Source: Selaginella moellendorffii (taxonomy: Eukaryota; Plantae; Lycopodiophyta). From it: DNA of 64,000 nt. The notes under the pieces are model-generated. The model had not been told where the DNA came from, did no database searches, and was given only the letters and a program-made list of their open reading frames with translations. Every line of letters begins with the position of its first letter. The stretch's first letter is position 1. Both the position numbers and the translations under genes were made by a program. Where the stretch lies: assembly GCF_000143415.4 (NCBI RefSeq), contig NW_003314331.1:1-64000 (forward strand). Direction: 5' to 3'. Below, piece after piece: positions 23,869 through 37,000 of this stretch.

Positions 23869-26056
23869 ATGGAGAAGATCGCGGCCCTGGTGCTAGCGAC
23901 TGCGGTGGTGATAGCCTGGATCGCCCCGGCCGCGCGAGGCGAGGTGAGGAGCTTCCAGTGGAAGGTGGAGTACATCTACTGGGCTCCGGATTGCGTGGAG
24001 ACGGTGGTGATCGGGATCAATGGGCAGTACCCGGGGCCGACGATCCGCGCCACCGCGGGCGACACCATCCGCGTGGAGCTGGAGAATGGAATGAGCACCG
24101 AGGGCCTCGCCATCCACTGGCATGGAATTCGCCAGGTTAGAGCAAAGAGTTTCCTCTCGATTGGATCATCGATTTCCAGAGAGAAGAGAGCGGTCCTCTA
24201 AAGATGATGATGATGATGATCTCGCAGATTGGAACTCCCTTCTACGATGGCGTCCCATTCGCATCCCAATGCCCGATCAATCCCGGCGAGACATTCACAT
24301 ACGAGTTCGTGGTGGACAGAGTGAGTGAGTGATTGATTGAGCTCGAAGATCAAGCACTGATTTTTCTATCCATTTTTTCCTCTGATCGCTGGCAGCCAGG
24401 AACTTACTTCTATCACGGGCACTATGGCTTGCAGCGCTCGGCCGGGCTGTACGGATCGCTCATCGTCGACCCCGTGCCGAGCGACGCCGTACCATTCACT
24501 TACGATGGCGAGCTCAGCATCGTCCTCAACGACTGGTGGCACCGATCGATCTACAGCCAGGAGACGGGCCTGTCGCAGCTGGGCAGCGCGTTTCGATTCG
24601 TGGGCGAGCCCCAGGTAAGAAGAAAACGCAAACGTCGCGATCGCGACAGGGGGATGGATCGTTTATCAGTCGATTGATCTCTCGATCGATGCGAAAAGTT
24701 TCGAGCTAAAACGAATCACACTGTTTTGCTGGCGCAGTCGCTGCTGATCGAGGGTCGCGGTCGCTACAACTGCTCATTGATTCCCGCGGCGCCGTCGTCT
24801 CCACCCCTGTCGGGCGATGTAATGTCGTGTAACAGCTCCCGGCCGCAGTGCGCGATGCATGCCCTCGCCGTACGGCCGGGTCTGACGTACCGACTGCGCA
24901 TCGCCAGCGTCGCCTCATTGTCATCGCTCAACTTTCTCCTCGAGGTACGGTACCCCATCTTCCATAGCCCCGTACTCTCATCCGTACACACCTTTCGCCA
25001 TTTCGTCTCAACTCCCTTTTCGTACACTTTGCCGTACTCTCTCTCTCTGTGGATTGAGCTTGACATGGATGAATTTTTGTGCTGCGCGATCAGGGTCACA
25101 ACATGACGCTGGTGGAAGCCGACGGCCACTACGTTACACCCGTGGAGATCTCCAACCTCGACATCTACTCGGGCGAGACATACTCGGTGCTCGTCACCGC
25201 CAACCAAGATCCATCGCGCAGCTACTGGGCGGCGGTGAATGTGCGCGGGAGGAGGCCGGCCACTCCTACAGGCCTCGCAATCCTGAGCTATGGCGATGGA
25301 AGCTCGAGCTCGGCGCCACCGAGCACTCCCGCGCCGCAGAGCCCCGCCTGGGACGACTTCGCCTACAGCGTTGCCCAGGCCAGGCGGGTGGTCTCGCGGC
25401 CGGGCTTCCAGATCCCTCTCCCGGAGCGAGCAAACGTTAGACTGATGCTCCTCTCGACCCAGAACCGGATCGATGGCAAGATCAAGTGGGCGATCAACAA
25501 CGTCTCCTACGTCCCGCGCGCCACGCCCGTGATCGCGGCCTTCCAGTTCAACCTCACCACCGCCTACGATCTCGCCGCCTCCCCGCCCCGCGATTTCTCC
25601 AGGGGCTACAAGATCCGGAACGCGCCCCCGAATCCCAGCGCCATCCAGGGCAGCGGCGTCTACACCTTCCGCCACAACGACGTGGTGGACGTGGTGCTCC
25701 AAAACTCCAACACGCTCGTCCCAAACAACAGCGAGATCCATCCCTGGCACTTGCACGGCCACGATTTCTGGGTTCTTGGGTATGGCAGCGGGATCTACCG
25801 TTCGCACCGCCACGGCAGCACGCTCAACTTCGTCAACCCGCCAATGCGCAACACGGTCGCGGTGTTCCCGTACGGGTGGACGTACCTCCGTTTCCGCGCG
25901 GACAACCCCGGGGTGTGGGCGTTCCATTGCCACATTGAATCACATTTCCATATGGGAATGGGGGTCATGTTTGCCGAGGGCGTTGACCGCCTCCCTCGAA
26001 TCCCGGCACAAGCTCTGGGCTGTGGCTACACCAAGGCGCTCTTCACAGCGCCCTAA
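23869..26056 (+). CDS. AO: L-ascorbate oxidase (multicopper oxidase), 5 exons
   Basis: Exons 23869-24135, 24228-24320, 24396-24614, 24738-24944 and 25094-26056. Signal peptide present. Cu ligands [18 protein letters not shown] and [12 protein letters not shown]; AO-type WAPDC and [12 protein letters not shown]. Confidence 0.95.
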
Positions 26057-26890
26057 TTCGAAGTTTAGATTCTGCCAACTTGGTTTCTATGCCAAAATGA
26101 AGTGCTTAGTAAATTGATTGAACTGGTCCAGGGAGGAGGAGTCTGTGGTGCTGCTAGATGAGGACCTTTCATCTCTGCTGTAACTACTTGCTTCAATGTG
26201 GATATACTACCAACCTAATTCACTTCTAATATGATTTCTTTAATGCATCCCAAGATACATGCTTCCTGAAATCTATTTTACTAGTGAGACTTCCAGTTAT
26301 GAGATATTCCAAAATAGACGCTCAACTGGAGGCATGAGCCCACGTTTCAGTTGAACTTTTGCAGTTAGCCTTCAATATGCAATATATTGTAAGTAAATTT
26401 TAGATTTATTGTAATTAATATATAATATAAAGTCTTAGGAATTTATTTTATTTAAAAAAAATTATAATTTTTATAAAACATTTCTAAACTCAAAATTTTT
26501 ATAATATATTTTTTTAAAATAATATTAATTTTTTATTGAAAAACTAATAATTTGCTGCATGAATTATATTGAGATTTATTTAGGATAATATGTCTCATTA
26601 TAAGAACAAAGAGTTGTAAGGATTTAAAATATAATAAACACTAGGATCAATGTGTGTAAGATTATTAATAGCCACTTTTCCACATCTTGATACAACTTTT
26701 AAGCACTGAGCAATTCTAGGTCACTATATATATCTGGCAATAACAGCATATTCCATATCAATTTCTCTGCTTTGAGCAACTATATTTAACAAAACTATCA
26801 ATTATGTTCTCTTAACATGTTTTAAATCACTGTCATAGATCTCCCAAACTTGATGAATCTAGCTGATGTTACTATAGGTGATATAACGAG

Positions 26891-27074
26891 CAAGAACAAT
26901 CGCAAGCTCAATCGCTCCTATCCAAAAACAAAGTTTTTAGCAGCTACAAAGCAAGAAAATAAACAGCAAGAACAATTGTGAGCTCAATCACTCCTATCCA
27001 AGAACAAAGTTTTAGCAACTACAAAGGAAATAAAAGAACGACCAAGAACAATCGCGAGCTCAATCGCTCCTATC
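26891..27074. repeat. About 76-bp tandem repeat, ~2.4 copies
   Basis: caagaacaat(c/t)g(c/t)(a/g)agctcaatc(g/a)ctcctatc starts near 26891, 26967 and 27042. Confidence 0.85.
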
Positions 27075-27239
27075 TGAGACATCATATGTGCTGCTCGCAA
27101 ACATATTTGAGTCGTCTTTAAAACAGATGATCACTAGAGCTCGGCTATTTTTTATAAGCATTGGAGTTAACTACGTTCGACGGATGTATAGCATTTGACC
27201 CGTGGTCTATGTGACGTCTGATTTTACTGATATCATTTC

Positions 27240-27390
27240 TTCCAGGTAAGAACTGGGAGGATTTCACGATGCAACTGATCTACTATATCGGACCTTTGAT
27301 GGTTGCATTTCTAGTACGTGAATTTTCTCTTCGAAAACGTTTTTCTTTATCTTTTTCTTCAGGTTTATGTAATCGATGGCGAGCATGGAA
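27240..27390 (+). pseudogene. Duplicated exon fragment of the downstream ABCD transporter
   Basis: KNWEDFTMQLIYYIGPLMVAFL, an intron and gtttatgtaatc..gatggcgagc mirror 28163-28350. Confidence 0.7.
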
Positions 27391-27700
27391 GAACATGGTT
27401 CCATTTTTCCTGAGAGATTCTACTAAAATATCCACACTTCGAGAATGTCGATCAAAGAGTTGTGACTGACACACTTCTTTTCAGCTCCATTATCACTGAT
27501 CTTTTCCCTTTCAGCTGTATTTGTAGAAGATCAATCCACCAGTCTTGTTGCTTGGACGCACTGGAATTAATTTCGTTCGTAATGAAAGTTTTGGTTAATC
27601 TCGTGAGTTGGAATTTTAATGGAGGGATCCACAGGACCATCCTTTTAAAAAGAGATCAAGCTAGGAGTTGAATGGAGAAAACTTCTATGCCGTGGAAGCC

Positions 27701-30099
27701 ATGGCGTTTGCAGCGTCGGCTTCAGCAGCGTCATCGAGAGGGCAATACAACCAAGGCCTTGATTCTGCTTGCTGCAAAGTTCAATCCAGGATATCATTTC
27801 TCAAGCTTCGCCGGGTGAATGCTATAGCTCTGGAAGCAGCAGTGAAAGAAGATCCGGAGCAGTTGTCCCCATTGATAACACCAGTAAGTCTCTTGGATTC
27901 ACATTGAGCTCTCATTGTCTTTGTCTTTGCAGAAACGAACTACAGACTTTCAAACACTCTTTCGGAGACTTTGCAAAGTTGCTCAACCTTACTGGCTCGA
28001 CTCCAAGGAGGGTAACCAGGCAATTATCCGATTAGTGTTTTTGCTCTTACGCTTGCTTCCACGGGGACGAGCGTGGCATTTAGCTACCTTGGAAGGAGTT
28101 TTGACAACGCCTTGACAAGTAAGTGTTTCCAGATGTGTCAGATTTCCTTAAATTTTTCTCCAGGTAAGAATCGAGAGGAGTTTGTCAAGCAACTGATCTA
28201 TTATTTGGGGCTCCTGGTCGCAGCACTTCCAGTAAGTCGTTTGTATGTTTGTGTCTTTTTCAGCGTGTAATTAACTCGACTATCTTCGAGGTTTATGTTA
28301 TCCGCGGATACGCACAAGATACTGTTGCTCTTCGATGGCGAGCTTGGATGACGAAACGCTACATGGCTCAGTATTTTTCTCAGAGATCCTATTACAACAT
28401 CCAATCTCTAGCACTCATCGACAATCCGGATCAGAGAGTTGTGGATGATATTGACTCGTTCACTGGCACGGCGCTTAGATTTAGCATGACGCTGTTCCAT
28501 TCCATCACCGATCTGGCGTCCTTTAGCGGAATTCTATACCGAATTTATCCACCACTGTTTGGTGTCTTGCTGGTTTACTCCATTGGTGGCTCTTGCATTA
28601 CTTTCCTACTTGGAAAGGTATGGTTTTATCTTGTTGCTTTCAGCGAGTTTGTGATGTTTTTCTTGCAGGATCTCATGAACTTGAATTTCATCCAAGAAAA
28701 GAGCGAAGCAGATTTTCGATATGGATTGGTGCGAATTCGAGAAAATGCAGAGTCCATCGCGTTTTATGGGGGAGAAAAGGATGAACTTCAGTTGCTGCTG
28801 GAACGTTTTAAGCAAGCTTTATCCAACTACAGTGTAAGTTTTGCTGGTTTTTCCATTGTGATTCTTTCGACAATGTAAGTTACTGCATTGTCTTTGCAGA
28901 AACTACTCATAGCTTCGCGAAACTTAAGATTTTTCCAAATTTTCTACAACAACTTGATCCAAATCCTGCCCGCCGCCGTGGTGGCTCCGTTCTACTTTGC
29001 TGGAAAAGTCGACTTTGGGATCGCCAGTCAGTCTTTCCATGCTTTCAGCTCCGTTCTCGACGACCTCTCCTTGGTCGTGGATGAGTTTCAATCGCTTAGT
29101 TCCTTCTCCGCGGTCGTCGATCGCCTTGGTACACTTTCCTTCGTTTCCTTGGTTCTCTTCGAGCTACCTTTACATTCACAGGTGAATTCAGTGACATATT
29201 GGATCAACAAGGCGTAGTGAATGCTTCGGAGCCAAGCACCATCAAATCGATCGAGACCACGGAAAGCGAGGTTCTTATAGAAGTTTCGACCTTGACACTG
29301 TTGTCTCCTCAACAGACACTGACTCTTGTCGAGGGGCTCTCTTTCAGGATGGTCGCTGGACAAAATCTTCTGGTCTGTGAATTTCTCAAAGTTTCTTCGT
29401 TGCTATCAGATGAATAACTCGGGTTTAAGACCAGATAACTGGCCCCAGTGGAAGTGGCAAGACATCGTTCTTGCAGGACTATGGAAATCCGGGCAAGGAA
29501 CCATAGCAAGAAACGCTGCCATGGATGTATTCTTCGTGCCGCAAAAGCCATACATGACTCTTGGAACACTCCGGCAACAATTGCTATATCCAACTTGGAG
29601 CACAGACGGGGAGAAAAAACACGATCATGGTAGCGAGAATTTTGGTCTTTTACTGCACGTGAATCTATCGGAAGTGTGCTCTCATGATCCAGAATCCAAG
29701 CACAGCGATGCCGACTTGATGGAAGTCTTGCGTAGAGTGAAGCTTGAACAGCTCCTGGAACGCTCGATTCACTTGGACGCGAATGCCGACTGGTCCAGTG
29801 TCTTGTCACTGGGAGAGCAACAGCGCCTGGCTTTTGCTCGATTGCTTCTATCAAAACCAAAGCTTGCGCTCCTGGATGAAGCAACCAGTGCCATAGACGA
29901 AGCAACTGAGGTAAAAGCTTGTCTCTTTGGTTCTCTTCTAAGATCTAGTCACTCTACGCAGGCTTACTTGTATCGACTTCTCCTAGAATCCGGAACTTGT
30001 GTGATGAGCGTTGGGCATCGCAGCACGCTTCGCGAATTCCACACGCACTTGCTCTTCTTTTCCCCGCGAATCTCCGGAACGAGCTTCGCCACACTATAG
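27701..30099 (+). pseudogene. ABCD2: ABC transporter D-family half transporter (plastid ABCD2-like) with two apparent frameshifts
   Basis: KVAQPYW, IDNPDQRVVDD, EADFRYGLVRIRENAESIAFYGGE (EAA motif), Walker A GPSGSGKT, PQKPYMTLGTLRQQLLYP, LSLGEQQRLAFARLL, LDEATSA and SVGHR. Frame breaks inside exons near 28035 and just after Walker A near 29472. Confidence 0.85.
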
Positions 30100-30259
30100 C
30101 AAGGCTGCAAAGCGCTTGCTTGCTCGCATTCCCAAAAGCCAGTCTTCCACTTATCCACTGCAATGGACGAAGAACTACTGCTACTCAAAGCTGGTTCTTT
30201 GAGGAAGGTCTTGTAATGACCACTCCGAGATACTCCAGCAGCTCCATGCAACGATCTGT

Positions 30260-30450
30260 CGCAAGTTTGGAGCTGTGGAGGAAGCGGCTGCGGTGTTTGA
30301 TAGCATCCAGCGTCCAAACGTCTTCTCGTGGAACAACACCGTCACGGTGTATGCACAGCGACGCCATGTCCGAGAGGAACTCCGTGTCCTGGAACACAAT
30401 GGTGACGGGCTATGCCCAGACTGGGTATCTCACACAGGCTGCTCGAGAGA
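30260..30450 (+). pseudogene. PPR remnant
   Basis: EEAAAVFDSIQRPNVFSWN and DAMSERNSVSWNTMVTGYAQTG, in different frames. Confidence 0.65.
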
Positions 30451-30479
30451 ATGCCACAGCATGGAGTGGTTTCGGTCAG

Positions 30480-30930
30480 TGCTTTGGTCGTGGGCTTTTC
30501 ACCATACCAAGCTCGGGCATATCATCAAACAAATCTCGGAACTCTCGCATATGCCCATTCACGGCATAGGCAGCCAACATAGCCGTCCAAGACACAGCAT
30601 TGAGCTCTGGAAACCGATCAAAAAGCGTCCTTGCGTTCTCGAGCTGACCCATCTGACCCAGCGAGTCGATCATAGCAGTCCATGAGACAACGTTCCACGC
30701 TGGCATTCTCTCAATCCAAGTTATGAGGTTGGACGATTCTCTCAAAAGTAGCCTCTCAAAAAATAGTCGAGTATTTTCCTCTGCTTGCTCGGTTTGGCCG
30801 GGATTTGGGATGAGTTTGCAAGCATACGTAAATCGTGGAACCTTGTAGTCCATTGTCATGCCACAAATGGAGATTTGGTAGTTCCTCGCAGGGATTCCAT
30901 GGAAGATATCCAATCCTTCCAGGCTTCCAT
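30480..30930 (-). pseudogene. PPR remnant, opposite strand
   Basis: ERMPAWNVVSWTAMIDSLGQMGQLENARTLFDRFPELNAVSWTAMLAAYAVNG. Confidence 0.7.
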
Positions 30931-31539
30931 GGTTCCTAGCAAAGTCCTAGAACATTTTGTAACCATTTTTCAGCTCATTATATTCCTTCCTCCTTATAAG
31001 AAGTCTTTGCCCTCAAAGATAGCATCACAACCAAACTTGCCAAGTTTGATTCACAAACTTGTAGGGATTTGTTGGAGCAAATACTTACATCCTTTTACTT
31101 CTTTTATGAACTATTTTTGTTTCAAACTTCTAAAGAAGAATTCCCTACCTATCAGCCTTAGCACCTTGTAAGGCTTTTTATTTTTCTACTCATACAATCT
31201 TTGAGGAGCCTCCCATATAATAATCTTTTAAGAGAGATTCCAACAAGTAGCATGCCTTTTAGAGCTGAGAAGGCATGCTACTCTATATATTGCAGGTAAA
31301 TTGGAGTCAATTCTTATGGAATGATTGTTTCTTTATGGATCAAGTTACACTAGTTATAGTAGCAAGGTAGTTCAAAGGAAGCTGGGGTTGAGTATCTTGG
31401 CCTTGTACTTGGGTGTCACACCAGTCTCACTAAGAGTTGATAAGAAATTTGTGAGAGATTTCAAAGCACTATTATTTTTCTTCTCTTATGTTCTTGTTTT
31501 TTTCTTTTCCCTTTAAATAGCCATACCTAGCCATGTAAG

Positions 31540-32115
31540 TTGAGTCCAAAATAAAGTTCGAAATGAAGTTTAAGATGGAATGCATAAAGGAGTCTAACAT
31601 GGAATTTGAAATGGAGTCCAAAAAAGAGTCCAATATGGAATTCAAAATGAAGTTTAAAATGGAGCTTAAAGTCGAGTCTAAAATGGAGATTGAGACCAGG
31701 TCCAAAATTGAGAACAAAACCAAGATTGAAACTAAGACTGAAACCAAATTTAAATCCAAGTTTGAGTCTAAGGGTGAAAGCCTAAAGCTATTGTCTCCCA
31801 AACCCTAAGGGGTTTGGGGAGCTCCAAAAGGATAATAAAGAGAGGACTTTAATAAAATTAGTTTTGCGAGGAAAAGTTAGTGTGACCAAGGATATTTATA
31901 TAGTGGATGATGATATAACTATTGAGGAGTCTAAAGTTAAAGTGAACATAGATGAATAAATAGAGCAACTTAATGAAGTGTTCAAGAATTAACTCTAGCT
32001 TCCTTGGGAGATCAATGCTCGATACTCCCAATTTAAATATGGGGTAGCACTACCTACTTGGATAGCTAGTGTGGTTTAATGGAACCTTACTCCAACCACA
32101 TGGCTAGAGCACCAA
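31540..32115 (+). repeat. Diverged interspersed repeat, copy A
   Basis: A 6-bp-periodic tract followed by agggtgaaagcc.aaa..attgtctcccaaac and gaagtgttcaaga.ttaact, also present at 33582-34035. Confidence 0.7.
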
Positions 32116-32999
32116 GAGGTGGAAGGTGGGAAGAGTACTCACAAATTTCATGTTTGGCTATGGTAATTTGAAATGTTGTCCTAAAGTTTTAAATTGTAGA
32201 AATGAAGAAGAGCAATCCTCTTGTGTAGTAACCAAGAATACAGTCACGTGGCAAGGAAGTCCCAAGACTTAGTGGTCAAACCTTTGAGCTTTGACCCAAT
32301 GGCAATGTTAACGAGCACGACTGTATACAAAAAGAGATTTAATGGGGACCAAAAAAAAGATATTGGGGAAGGATGTTCCTTATGTCTTTGATAGAGAAGG
32401 GTGTTCCCCATGTCTTTAAGCATCCTAAGGATGATATATTATGGTATAAGATAACCACTCATGGACGAAGATGAGACTTTGGGAGATGAAATTATGGTAT
32501 GGGTGGTCTTGAACTACTCACGAGACAAAGGTGAATGGATATAGCATTAGTGTAATTGACTAATATATTAGTGGTACCTTTGGGTGTTTGTCATGAGATT
32601 GGACACATGGAGCATTTAGACCAAATGCAAAGGCTAAATAGTATAGATGTCATTCATAAAACTAATATATCCCCTAATAGAATGGAAAATTTAATTGCTT
32701 ACAGAGTGTTATACTAAACAACTAGGGACTAGCTTATTTGCCACTTATAGCAAACTTAAAGGAGGTTTATTTTTACCTATAGTAATATAGAACAACTCAT
32801 AGTAACCATTGATAGACTAACATTAATCTTGTTAACTTGAAGTGTAACTTTGAGTTGTTAATGTGCCTCACTCACGAGCCCAAGCACAAACTCATACAAA
32901 TGATACATCTCAATCCATCTTATATGCCCAAGCGCAAGCTCATATAATATGGTATGGTGATCAAAGTGGGTCATGGTGTTCACACTTTGTGAGAAATTA

Positions 33000-33483
33000 T
33001 TATAAATGTGACTATAAATATTAAAAGTTTCTGATCAGCAAGTCTTTTTGGATATTCTTCTTTTACTGCCATGATGGCAGGAGGTCAGTATTGCTCCCCA
33101 TTTTACATTCCATAGATATGCCTAACTCACCAATCTAGACACTTTCTATAAATAGTCATTGGGACCGAACATATGAAGCATGATAGCAAAGGTGTTTGGC
33201 AAATACGGTAAGCTATCTTATAACAATATTAATGGACTAGACTCAATATACAAGGGTTCTTGTCAAGTTAGTGCAAGATAGAGCAAAAGAAAACTAAGAG
33301 TCGAGCCAAGTATACTCAGCAAGAAACATATAAAAGTTCTTACCTTGGCTAAGTACAGATGTTAAGCTCAATTTACTAAAAGGAACCAACAATACTGACC
33401 TCCTGCCATTATAGCAGTAAGGAAAGAATATCCAAAAGGACTTACTGACAAGTAATTTCTAATACCTGCAGTCACATTTGCAA
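33000..33483. mobile_element. Non-autonomous element with long terminal inverted repeats (MULE/MITE-like foldback)
   Basis: Core arms 33035-33093 and 33390-33448 match at 52/59 and all mismatches are transitions. Weaker pairing extends to about 33000 and 33483. Confidence 0.6.
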
Positions 33484-33581
33484 CATGCTTGATGAACAAG
33501 CATGGAGCAATCTAAAAGGCAATCTAAAAAAAGACACAAAAAGAATTGATATATGGTAAGTGTTATGATACATAGAAGTGT

Positions 33582-34035
33582 TGAGACCGAGTCCGAAATC
33601 AAGTCTGAGATGGAGGCTAAAGCCAAGCCCAAGATGGAGGTTGAGACAAAGATTGAAATGGAGTTCAAATTTGAGTTTGAGATTGAGTTCAAGTTCGAGT
33701 TCGAGATTGAGACTGAGTCTAAGTCCAAGTCCAAGTCTGAGGGTGAAAGCCCAAAACAATTGTCTCCCAAACTTTAGGGGGTTTAATAAATCCCTACAGG
33801 ATAAAAGGGGTGGAAGACTTCAGTGGAACTAGTAAGGCTAGTGTGACTATCAAAACTAAAGTGAATATAAATGGATAAGTAGGGTGATTTAGTGAAGTGT
33901 TCAAGAGTTAACTTGAGCTCCCCCGAGAGATCAAATAGTAAATATTCCCAATCCAAATATAAATGGCACTATTTATTTGGATACCTTGTGTGGTTTATCA
34001 AAACTTCACTCTAACCATATGGGTGGGGCACTCTA
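33582..34035 (+). repeat. Diverged interspersed repeat, copy B
   Basis: Direct-orientation homolog of 31540-32115. Confidence 0.7.
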
Positions 34036-37000
34036 GTGGTAGAACTTTCACACATTATTTAAAAATTCCCTTTGATGGCAATACATATTAGCAATACATG
34101 CCAGCAATACAAGTGGACCACCTAGTCATGGCAAGCCATCAGGGACAGCACTAGGCCCTAGAGGTCCCAATCACAAAGAAGCTCAGTGTCAAGTGAGACC
34201 ATTCATCATTGATGTAAGGTTTCATATTCTCTCTCTTTTTCCCAACAGCACTACATATGATTGATGCCTAGTGAGTAAGAAGCTCCTTGTCTTGATGCTT
34301 GATCGATAAGAGGAAGTGCTGTAATAGCCATTGCAAATAGGAATTCATGACTGATACATATCCTGTAGGCTATGTGCCTCTCCTTCAACACAAGCTCTAG
34401 CTTCCAAATGGCTAAGAGAAGCAAAAAGAGTTAGTTGAATTCAACATTATGCATCCTGCCACCTTTTTGCCACTCTATCAACACAAGCTCTAACTTCCCG
34501 GATTCCAGCCAAGAGAGATCATAATCTTGAAGAAAGAGTTGGGCAAATTTGACATCATGCAAGATGAGTGCTTATATAATCCTTCCTTCTTGTTTGTTCT
34601 TTCTTTGTCTACCTGGACTATGCAACAAATGATGCTGGAATGTACTTGTCTTGGTAATCTAGAGACAAGATCTCAACACTATAATGGGTTCTCACACACT
34701 TTTTTTATACATTTTGATTTGTTCCAGTGGACTAACATATCCAATGGGAGTGTGTACCATCCAAACTCTAGAAACAGTTTAATCTATGTAAGGAGAGGAG
34801 ATCCACTAAGATATTCCTCTCAATTTAGTGGTTTGAAGCTCTATATAAAGATTAAATATATAATATTTTTATAATGAGAAATTAACTCTTGCATACCTCT
34901 GAATTCCAGGATAAAGTCTGTGCTGCCTTCTACATTGTGCTCCTTAGACTCATTATGTTCTGGAATGGAATCTATAATATAAAGAAAGAGAAAAGTGGTA
35001 CACCACCTATCATGGTTAGAGATGTTGTTTTGTTTTACAAGTCATTGAGGCTGTTATGTCCATATATATATATATATCTATATGATTATATATCTATATA
35101 ATCATCTGTAGTCAAATATAAAATTAAAACCTTTAGGAGCAATCATTAAAATTCAAACATATGAATGAACTGCTTGGTAGCTCACACTATCATCCTCAGT
35201 CTCTTCTCTTTTGCATGCTCTTCAAAGTCAACTCAAAATCAGTCAATTTCACTAGGAATGTGGATTTGTCATCAAAAAAGACTCACTGGATAAGTGAGTA
35301 TGGTTGGGTGACTAGCTGGTTATAAAGCTGAGACATGCATGCAAAAGCAAAAGAAGAGTTCCACTTGTTAGGCCTTGTGCCTTGTACTGTTGCAATGAAA
35401 GCATTCATGTTGCTTTGAACCTAGATCGCTCCCATGCCTCTTGACAGGAGTGGTGCAAACAAACACCATTAACCCAAACAGTGTTCACCAAACATATGGT
35501 ATGATAACTATGGCTGTAGCTACTGAAACCAGCTCGTGGCTCCTGAAGACCTCATGTATAAAGGACATGCAACCATGGTGAGCAATGGGAGACTTGCTTG
35601 AAGAAAACGTGGTGGCTTGAGTAACGGTCTTGGCTCTTTCCAGCTATCGATCTCAAGGTTTTTAGCACCTCTATCCTACACTTGAAACTGTCAACAAAAA
35701 GCCTCACCTTATAGCAATGGTTGCTATTTTCGGCCACCACATCCAAAACATCTTTATTGTCTTCCATTAGTGTATCCTCCAGCTGCATTTCCAGATACTG
35801 GACACAGACTGGCAATCCTTTCAAGGGTCTAGTAGCTCTCCATGTCATTCACAATCTGGAGCTCTTCTTTCGCTATTTAGATCTTTCTTTATCTTCACGC
35901 ATCGCACTGGTTCACAGCATTGTTCTTTAGTTGACGAACAAACGCCATGAAGCAACCCATACCTCAACCTTAGTCAAATAGTTTTCTGTGGGTACCATGC
36001 AGTCTTCACATTGAACATGTCCTCCCTTCTCCACCAACGGCCGCTAATTCTCAATCATCTTTGAAACCATTTCTTGGTGCTTCAAAGCACGAACATAGAG
36101 CAACTCTGGCCTGGATGGAGAGCCATTTATCACATACGTTGCAAACGAAACCCAATCTATCTTTGCCTTCCTCTTGCTCTAACACCAAACCTAAAAAGAA
36201 TGGCCAGCTACACTCTCTATATGTGATTGGGAATCTCGTCTCTAGCTTCAACTAAACATGGCCTCTTGAAAGAAATATTTCCCCAGCTAAAACTAACCAA
36301 ACCCCAAAGCTTCTTAAAACTAGGATAGTCTGTTTTTAGTGTGACATTTCAATCCTTCAGAATCCACTGGAAAAATGTGACATCATCACTTGCCAAGTGG
36401 GGTTGATCCATTTTAATTCCTTTCAGCTACACTTCTGTGCTATAACAGAGATCCTCTTATAGATCTGGAAATGCTAAGTGGGAAAAGAATAAAGCATGAG
36501 GGTTTGGGTGTTTGGGAGTGTTTTTTGTTTGCAATGGCATCTAGCAAGAAGAAAACTAGGAATTCGTGGAATGGAATGGGCTGTCACACAAGGATCTTGC
36601 GAGAACCCTAATACATCACAAACAGAACATATGTTTTTCTTATTCAAGCTTTCCGAGCGACATAGCTTCGCGGTTGAAGCAATCAGCAGCTAGGTATGTC
36701 AGCAGGATGGAGCCGAGCCTTCTCCAGAGGTAAACAGACTGTTTCGAAAGTTAGATGAGAAGATGAGGACCCGACTGAGTGAACATCTCCATCTTAAATG
36801 CAGATGAACTTACTGGTGCAAGTTGTCACAAAGTTCTTCAGCTTGGAATCCAACTAGACGAACTTTGTGGCAACTTGCAAGGCGGAAGACGAGAAAGGGC
36901 CTGATAGGCAAGTTTCAATCCAGTGAGAGGTACACCGTCCAAATGCCGCCTGCAACCAAGCCTTAAGGGATCCAAGATCACTGTTGGTTCGCATTCTTTG

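Noticed and set aside
24764-25933. Long antisense and alternative-frame ORFs over AO (likewise over the RLK, gag and BOU)
   Set aside because: Shadow ORFs caused by high-GC3 coding sequence.
26891-27074. Repeat array as a possible CRISPR (also 15690-15865)
   Set aside because: The units repeat over their full length with no unique spacers, there are no cas genes, and the context is eukaryotic.
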